DNA of 64,000 nucleotides from a virus (Duplodnaviria; Caudoviricetes): IMG/VR virus record IMGVR_UViG_2660237942_000001, positions 7,301 to 71,300 of that record; one strand, 5' to 3'. Shown piece by piece: positions 57,741 to 64,000 of this stretch (position 1 is its first letter; each line of letters starts with the position of its first letter). The notes under the pieces were generated by a model. It saw only the letters and a program-made list of their open reading frames with translations, ran no database searches and was not told where the DNA came from. The position numbers and the translations under genes were made by a program.

Positions 57741-58850
57741 TTGAGTATTTTCAAAAGAAAAAAGGCTATTGAACCGATTAACGATCCCATTTTTGAAGTG
57801 ATTAGTAGCTGGGCCGATAATCCCGGAGAAGTACCACTAGATAGTGGCTACAGAAACAGTGCTATCTTTTCAGCAGTAAGCCTAATTGCTGGGGATCTGG
57901 CCAGTAACCGGATTAAGTCGGATAGCAGCAAACTAGAAAAGATCTTAAACGATGATCCCAACGACTTTACTAATGGCCACGATCTAAAACAGTCATTATT
58001 CACTAATTTACTGCTGTACGGTAATTCATTTTGTTACGTTGACCGCTCAAGCTTAAACAATGCCGTAATTGGCTTTGAATTTATCCCATATGGTAATGTA
58101 CGGGTCGAGTATGATACTGACGACCAAGAGCCAACTTATTACTGGGCGGATAGTTCCAAACGTAAAGGCCAAATTAAGAACGCTGATATTTTGCACTTCA
58201 AGTTATTCCCGGTTAGGGGCGTACAAGGGGTATCACCACTACAAGCCCTACACCAGCAACGCAACGCCATGAACCAAGCGGATAGCATGCGGAATAATTA
58301 TTTTAATATGGGTTATTCTAAATGGCATTTAACATTAAATGCTGGTGCGGTTGACCAAGAAGCAAAGGATCATATCAGAAACGCCTTTGAGAGTTCTATC
58401 ACTGGGGATAATTCTGGTAGAACCATTGTCACAGATCAAACCATGTCCGTCGATCCCCTGAACTCAAATACTGACGCTGGCATTGTTAAGTTGATTAGTG
58501 ACGTTCAGAACGCCAGTAAAAAAGATATTGCGACGGTGTACGGCATTCCGGTTGATTGGCTGGGAATTGAAAGTGAGCATAGTAACGCCGAGCAGGCTAA
58601 AAGCTTTTATGTAGAACATGCCTTATCTAATTATATGGCCGCAATTACTAGTGAACTAGAGTTTAAACTTGGCCAACACTTTGAATATGATTTGAGTAGG
58701 CTACTAAACACTAACGTTCAAGCTCAATCAACCATGGCCATGGAACAATACAACGCTGGAATCATCACGATTAATGAAGCCCGTAAAATGATGAACTTGG
58801 AACCATTAGAAAATGGGGACGAGAGAAAGGACTTATTAAATGGGAACTAA
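57741..58850 (+). CDS. HK97-family portal protein
   Basis: SAIFSAVSLIAGDLAS...LLLYGNSF...DILHFK...GVSPL. Confidence 0.9.
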   Translation: MSIFKRKKAIEPINDPIFEVISSWADNPGEVPLDSGYRNSAIFSAVSLIAGDLASNRIKSDSSKLEKILNDDPNDFTNGHDLKQSLFTNLLLYGNSFCYVDRSSLNNAVIGFEFIPYGNVRVEYDTDDQEPTYYWADSSKRKGQIKNADILHFKLFPVRGVQGVSPLQALHQQRNAMNQADSMRNNYFNMGYSKWHLTLNAGAVDQEAKDHIRNAFESSITGDNSGRTIVTDQTMSVDPLNSNTDAGIVKLISDVQNASKKDIATVYGIPVDWLGIESEHSNAEQAKSFYVEHALSNYMAAITSELEFKLGQHFEYDLSRLLNTNVQAQSTMAMEQYNAGIITINEARKMMNLEPLENGDERKDLLNGN

Positions 58851-60393
58851 TTTAGAAAAATTGTTGTTAGATGATTCGGAAGTTAGAGCTAACGAACCGA
58901 CAGACGACAAAGAAGACACTGGCAAGAAGTCAGATGATACCCAACAGGATACTGACGATAAGAAGCAGGATACTGAACCCAAAGACGATCCTAAAGAAGA
59001 TACTAGTATTAGCGGTTACGCTTTGAAGTTCAATGCACCCAGCAAGGATTTAGGGGGCTTCATTGAGATCATCGACCCTAATGCGTTGGCTGATACGGAT
59101 TTATCTAAAGTAGTCTTGTTATTTAATCATGACTATAACCAGATCCTAGCCAGTGTGGCCAACAATAATCTTACTTTAGCCATTGATGAAACGGGGTTGA
59201 AGTTTGACGCCCAACTAGATACTAGCGTTAGTTATATTGCCGACGCTTACAAACAAATCCAAAACGGTAACTTAAGCCACTGTTCATTTAGCTTTGATGT
59301 AGCTGATAACGGTGACGAATTTACTACTGATACTGACGGTAAGACGGTTAGAACCGTTAAGCAGATCAGTAATTTATATGATGTGAGCGTGGTTTCGATT
59401 GCGGCTTATGATGAAACGGAAGTTTCTACCGCCGCCGCCCGCTCATACGAAAACTATTTAACTAAAAAAGAAAGCGAGGGCAAACATATGCCTATTGAAA
59501 CTTTAGATCCAAATAACGAAACGAAACAAGCAGAATTAAGATCCTTTGATAACTATATCCGTTCCCACGGTGAAAAGCGGGACGGTTTAACTACAGCAGA
59601 CGGGAATATCGTAATTCCTGAACTAGTAGCCCAACCAGTAATGGAAGAACTATCTAAGCAAGATTTAGCTAAATATTCTTATGGCTTAACGGTTAGTTCT
59701 TCAATGGGTAAGATCCCAGTTATTTCTGACAGTCAAGCGGTATTAGCTACTAAAGAAGAACTTGCTGCAATCCCAGAAACCGAAAACGGCATTGACGGGG
59801 TTAAGTATGAAGTGAAAACCCGTACTGGTAAGATCATTTTATCTAATGAAATCCTTGATGATTCAGCAGTAGACTTATCTTCTATCATTAGCGATCAATT
59901 AAAACGGTTAGTCTTGAACACTAACAACGCCCAAATCTCGACTATCTTAAGCGGTTTAACCGCTACCCCAGTCACCACCATGGACGATATTATTAAAGCC
60001 TATGACGGTAAACTTGACCCTAATTTCAAAGAAATTGCGGTTACTAACATGACCGGGTTGGCTTACTTGGATACTTTGAAGTATGAAGACGGCCATTTCA
60101 TGTTAATGGACGATGTAAAGGCACCTAGTGGTAAAGCTATTTTCGGTTTACCTTTGTTAGTACTTAACGATAAGTTCCTAGCTGGTACACCATTATTCAT
60201 TGGCTCATTGCGGGAAGCGGTGGCCGTAATTACTAGGAACAATCTAGAAATTAAGTACGATGTATTTGATAACTATGGGACTGCATTCGCTGCAATCTTA
60301 AGAACTGATTATCAGTTGCTTAATCCGGACGCAATGTTAAACTTAACTTTGCCAGCAGGAACAGCAGCCGCCAAAGCTAGTACCAAGAAATAA
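58840..60393 (+). CDS. HK97 prohead protease-major capsid fusion
   Basis: ISGYALKFN...LLFNHD...CSFSF...DVSVVSIAAY then capsid GNIVIPE...FIGSL. Confidence 0.88.
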   Translation: MGTNLEKLLLDDSEVRANEPTDDKEDTGKKSDDTQQDTDDKKQDTEPKDDPKEDTSISGYALKFNAPSKDLGGFIEIIDPNALADTDLSKVVLLFNHDYNQILASVANNNLTLAIDETGLKFDAQLDTSVSYIADAYKQIQNGNLSHCSFSFDVADNGDEFTTDTDGKTVRTVKQISNLYDVSVVSIAAYDETEVSTAAARSYENYLTKKESEGKHMPIETLDPNNETKQAELRSFDNYIRSHGEKRDGLTTADGNIVIPELVAQPVMEELSKQDLAKYSYGLTVSSSMGKIPVISDSQAVLATKEELAAIPETENGIDGVKYEVKTRTGKIILSNEILDDSAVDLSSIISDQLKRLVLNTNNAQISTILSGLTATPVTTMDDIIKAYDGKLDPNFKEIAVTNMTGLAYLDTLKYEDGHFMLMDDVKAPSGKAIFGLPLLVLNDKFLAGTPLFIGSLREAVAVITRNNLEIKYDVFDNYGTAFAAILRTDYQLLNPDAMLNLTLPAGTAAAKASTKK

Positions 60394-60455
60394 ATAGTTA
60401 CCCAATTGCCTACCATGTAAGAATGGTGGGCTTTTTGTTTGGCATGACGTTGTAC

Positions 60456-60519
60456 AGGCGCATTCTGCTGCACGGTTTAAAAGTGGGGTGGTTAGTTGTG
60501 GGTTTGGGTGGCTCTAATA
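60456..60519 (+). repeat. ~64-bp direct repeat (second copy 61584-61648)
   Basis: AGGCGCATTCTG..GCACGGTTTAAAAGTGGGGTGGTTAGTT(T)GTGGGTTTGGGTGGCTCTAATA. Confidence 0.9.
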
Positions 60520-60696
60520 ATATGTATGTAGTTGGATATTGTTAAATGACCGTGCTACAATACTCCTTGAAATAAAGTAGCATGATGAGTTACCAAAGCC
60601 CCCAACTATTTGGAGTAGTTGAGGGCTTTTATTATGAATCGTTGTCTGTTTTTTGCGGTTATTATGTCAGTAAGTAACCAATAAAACCGTAAATAT

Positions 60697-61503
60697 CTAT
60701 TTTGCCAAAACAATTCCAGGATAATCGTCAAAAGTTTGATTTTTGGCATTGGCATAATAGAAAATACCAATTTTATAGTTACTTAAAGAATTACGTTTTG
60801 CTTGAGTATAACCGGCATTATTCAATGCTGATTTAATTAAATTAATTCTAGTTTTATCGGAAATATTCTTTTTATATATAATATGATCCATGTATTTCGT
60901 AGCTGCTGGGAAAGCCAAAACTTTGGAATATCCTAAATTATCTAAACTTTCATATTGCTCAAAGTTTTGGGTTAGTTTTAATGAAATTTTGGTATTTGGA
61001 AATAGTTTTAATACTTCACGGGTTACTTTTTGTGATGGTGATTGTTTAATATAGTTCATATATTCATTATCATTCATAAAGCGGAAAGGGCTAACGTCAT
61101 TTAAAACTTTATAATTTGTATTGAAACCACGATCTAAATAACCATGCCAAACCATACCAACTTTTGAAACATATTTATGTGATGGATCATAGCTAGAAAC
61201 GTAATAATAAATTGCTTTTTTACCATTATGAGATACTACAGCATTTTTACCATTATAAATCCAACTGTAATTTTTGTAGTTTTTTAAGTTAGCTTTTACT
61301 TTAGTTCGAGTTGAATTCCACAAATAAACATTTTTAGATTTGTTTTTGACGTGGTAAAAATTTTCTGAAATGCTACTGTTTATTGTGACTTTTTCCACTT
61401 TATAGCTAGATGCACTTGAATTATTTTGATGAATAATCAGGCTCATTCCTGTAATAGCTAAAGTTGCCACAGCAATTTTAGCAATTTTTTTTATATTTTT
61501 CAT
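60697..61503 (-). CDS. Secreted surface protein (paralog B)
   Basis: Signal peptide; C-terminal domain similar to 55712-56554. Confidence 0.75.
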   Translation of the reverse strand: MKNIKKIAKIAVATLAITGMSLIIHQNNSSASSYKVEKVTINSSISENFYHVKNKSKNVYLWNSTRTKVKANLKNYKNYSWIYNGKNAVVSHNGKKAIYYYVSSYDPSHKYVSKVGMVWHGYLDRGFNTNYKVLNDVSPFRFMNDNEYMNYIKQSPSQKVTREVLKLFPNTKISLKLTQNFEQYESLDNLGYSKVLAFPAATKYMDHIIYKKNISDKTRINLIKSALNNAGYTQAKRNSLSNYKIGIFYYANAKNQTFDDYPGIVLAK

Positions 61504-61989
61504 GTATGTATCTCCTCAATGTTTTTTTTCAACTCTTATTATACAGTAGTATAGCCGCGGTATAACTAAAAAATATGTTATATAGGCGCATTCTGACGCA
61601 CGGTTTAAAAGTGGGGTGGTTAGTTTGTGGGTTTGGGTGGCTCTAATATTATAGTAGTAATGCCAAAATAAAACCCCTCGACCAAATAGGCGAGGGGGAA
61701 TCAAAAAGCAATACTTCTTCAAACGAGCAGCGGTTAATCGCTGCAACTAATTTTAACATCACAGTTGGCAAACAACCAGCAAGCATTTAGACAAATAAAA
61801 AACTGTTACCCAAAAGGATAACAGCACATACACGCCCCGCACGGTCTATATTAAATTGGTATACCTAATATAATGGTTGCCAAAACGGTTGCCATTGATT
61901 AGCAATTATTGGCCTTTGTTGGCAATTCTAAAAAATAGAAATGCCTTTATACCAGTACTTTAACCGCCGTTACGATTTATTAAAAGCTA

Positions 61990-62007
61990 TAAAATGGAGT
62001 CGGCGGG
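61990..62007 (+). repeat. att core overlapping the ssrA 3' end
   Basis: Identical to 48817-48834. Confidence 0.9.
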
Positions 62008-62362
62008 AGTCGAACCCGCGTCCGAGCATATCGCCACCTGAACATCTACGTTCATAGATTTACTATTTAAATTTCACTAATAAAAACGCCATAAATCAAG
62101 GCTCTCGTTATTAGCTAATCTGATTAGTCTCTTCAATTGACTTCAGATGGGAGCCAATTGCGTAAGCCCACTTATTTATAGGACCCAGATCTATCTCATG
62201 GGCGAAGATAGGAGGATCTACGTTAAGCGCTTATTAGGCAGCTAAAGCGTAAGAGTTTGAATTATTTTTTGCAGTTATAATTTTAAACTGGGTGGTTTAA
62301 CGTGGCACCGCACGAAACGCAGTCCAGGCTCGACCTATACCCGTCGAATCCATAACGACCCC
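61995..62362 (-). ncRNA. ssrA: tmRNA; tag peptide AKNNSNSYALAA (62234-62272)
   Basis: 5' GGGGTCGTTATGGATTCGAC, 3' GGTTCGACTCCCGCCGACTCCA, resume codon after ATAACT. Confidence 0.97.
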
Positions 62363-62410
62363 AAAATTGTATCTATAATTGTAGCACATTTCAGGGAAAT
62401 AGCAAAAAAT

Positions 62411-63184
62411 TTAGATTAAATCAAAGTGTTTGAGACCGTTTACGATACCGTGATCGGTGTTAGCCGTGGTAACAAATTCGGCATATGGTTTAACGTGGTC
62501 TAATGCATTACCCATTGCAACGGCATGATCTACAAAATCAAGCATTGGAATATCATTATTACCATCACCGAAAGCATAGGTAGGAATATCTTCAAGTCCG
62601 GCATTTTTAATTAATTCTTGAATCCCGTGACTTTTAGAGTTGCCTTTGATGACAATATCCATACTAGATGGAGTATTACGATAAAAAGTAAATTGATCAT
62701 CAAATTTATCTCGGTAATCTTCATCATGTCCCTTGGTCATTACTAGCATCATATAAACGGGATTGGCAAGCCAAAATTCTTCCGCACCAACTGGGGGAAC
62801 CGTACTGTTAACAGAGTCATAAGCTCCTTGAGCAAACTCCGTGTTAAAGTTGATCCGGGCACCTTTATCATTTAAGACTACGATGGATTCTTCAAAAGTC
62901 TTAGCATATTCAGCTAATTCTTTTGCTTGCTGATTGGAGAAGGTTGCTTCGTACACCGGCTTACCTTCATAAACCACGAAGTCGCCGTTAGCTGAAACCA
63001 CTGTAGAGATTCCAGTAGCCTCCATAACGTGTGGGATCTCGAAGAGATTGCGTCCAGTTGAAATCACCGGTAAAATGTTATTGGACATTAATTGGTGCAT
63101 AGCATCTGCCACTTCAGGATCAACTTGGGTTTGAGCATTTAACAGTGTATTATCTAGGTCAAAAAAGGTGAGTGCTTTGTACAT
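62411..63184 (-). CDS. Cof-type HAD-IIB hydrolase (host)
   Basis: FFDLDNTLL, STGR, AFGDGNNDIPML. Confidence 0.92.
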   Translation of the reverse strand: MYKALTFFDLDNTLLNAQTQVDPEVADAMHQLMSNNILPVISTGRNLFEIPHVMEATGISTVVSANGDFVVYEGKPVYEATFSNQQAKELAEYAKTFEESIVVLNDKGARINFNTEFAQGAYDSVNSTVPPVGAEEFWLANPVYMMLVMTKGHDEDYRDKFDDQFTFYRNTPSSMDIVIKGNSKSHGIQELIKNAGLEDIPTYAFGDGNNDIPMLDFVDHAVAMGNALDHVKPYAEFVTTANTDHGIVNGLKHFDLI

Positions 63185-63313
63185 AAGATAAGGACCTTCC
63201 TTTAATTAAATTAGCAATAATAGTATTAGCTTCAATTTTAGCATAATTATTCGCTTAGTTTGTTAACATATTGCGCTAATTATTGGTAAAATAAAGATAA
63301 ATGGGGTGGAAAA

Positions 63314-64000
63314 ATGAAAAAGACAACGGTAGCCGATGAACACACCAAACCGTTTTTTGTGCGATTGCGTAAAATCCCTGGTGACCATTGGTACCTACCA
63401 GAAAAAGGCAATACTAAAAATAAACAAAAGATGCCTAAAAGTTATTTAACACATGATTTTAGTATTAATCAGATCAGTTTTTTTAATAACCAAGTCTGGT
63501 ATTATTTTGAAGGGGAAAATACTTCAGGCTGGTTAGCTAAGCGAAATATTAGTAAGGCATTTAGAAGATTGGCTGTAAAGCCATTGAAACAGCGAACAGC
63601 TACAGATTTAGACAATTACGTAGCTGCTTTAATGATGTTATTTGACTATGCCGACCAACCAATGGATGAAGCCAAATTAAGGGATTGGGTCCAAGGTTGG
63701 CACGATAATTCTCGTAAATTATTAGATTTAAGTGAACTAATTATTAATCAAACTAATTCTATTCGAGACTTAAATCAAGCAGATTTTCGTCAGTTGAATC
63801 GACAATTATTGAGGGGAAGACCAATACTATTACGAGTAAATGGATTAGATAACCTTAAATCCAATGTGATTGTGTTAACTGGATTTAATCGTAAATTGTA
63901 TTATTATAACAATCCTTGGTCTGGAAAATTAGAAGTGATTTCACAAAAACATTTAAAGCATTTTTGGAAAAATGGCTCGTATGAAGCTATTAGTTATTAA
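63314..64000 (+). CDS. GW-like domain plus C39-like peptidase domain protein (host)
   Basis: WYYFEG...GWL; GRPIL...VIVLTGF...YNNPW; no obvious catalytic Cys. Confidence 0.6.
   Translation: MKKTTVADEHTKPFFVRLRKIPGDHWYLPEKGNTKNKQKMPKSYLTHDFSINQISFFNNQVWYYFEGENTSGWLAKRNISKAFRRLAVKPLKQRTATDLDNYVAALMMLFDYADQPMDEAKLRDWVQGWHDNSRKLLDLSELIINQTNSIRDLNQADFRQLNRQLLRGRPILLRVNGLDNLKSNVIVLTGFNRKLYYYNNPWSGKLEVISQKHLKHFWKNGSYEAISY

Larger units (their letters stand above)
48817..62007. mobile_element. PICI-like phage satellite (~13.2 kb) integrated at the ssrA 3' end
   Basis: 18-bp flanking repeats; int-repressor / cro-xis-primase-ori layout; head genes but no tail or lysis genes. Confidence 0.9.

Overview
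Low-GC Lactobacillaceae chromosome (possibly Lentilactobacillus; this is inference) with two mobile elements in tandem at the 3' end of the tmRNA gene (ssrA, 61995-62362, minus strand). (1) A temperate contractile-tail prophage (<1 to ~48817) with lysogeny, replication, ArpU late-control, SPP1-type head, sheath/tube/baseplate tail and lysis modules. Its tape-measure gene is split by a 1426-nt group I intron carrying a Zn-finger/PD-(D/E)xK-like endonuclease ORF, and its ERF recombinase has a nonsense codon. Cargo includes a nucleoside-deoxyribosyltransferase-like gene, hicAB and an ART toxin-antitoxin-SecB (CmdTAC-like) operon. (2) A ~13.2-kb PICI-like satellite (48817-62007, 18-bp direct repeats) with integrase, repressor switch, primase-helicase, iteron ori, HK97 portal and protease-capsid fusion but no terminase, plus two paralogous secreted-protein cassettes, each bracketed by direct repeats. 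The most unusual signal is a ~720-nt non-coding leader of the late operon (13990-14713). It holds five tRNA-like units (acceptor stem plus TTCRAnT T-arm plus GG-containing linker, no canonical D/anticodon arms) separated by self-closing structured spacers. A sixth unit lies in the lysogenic transcript at 1702-1749. Host genes (Cof-type HAD hydrolase, C39-like protein) follow ssrA. All product calls come from motif recognition by eye; no database searches were run.
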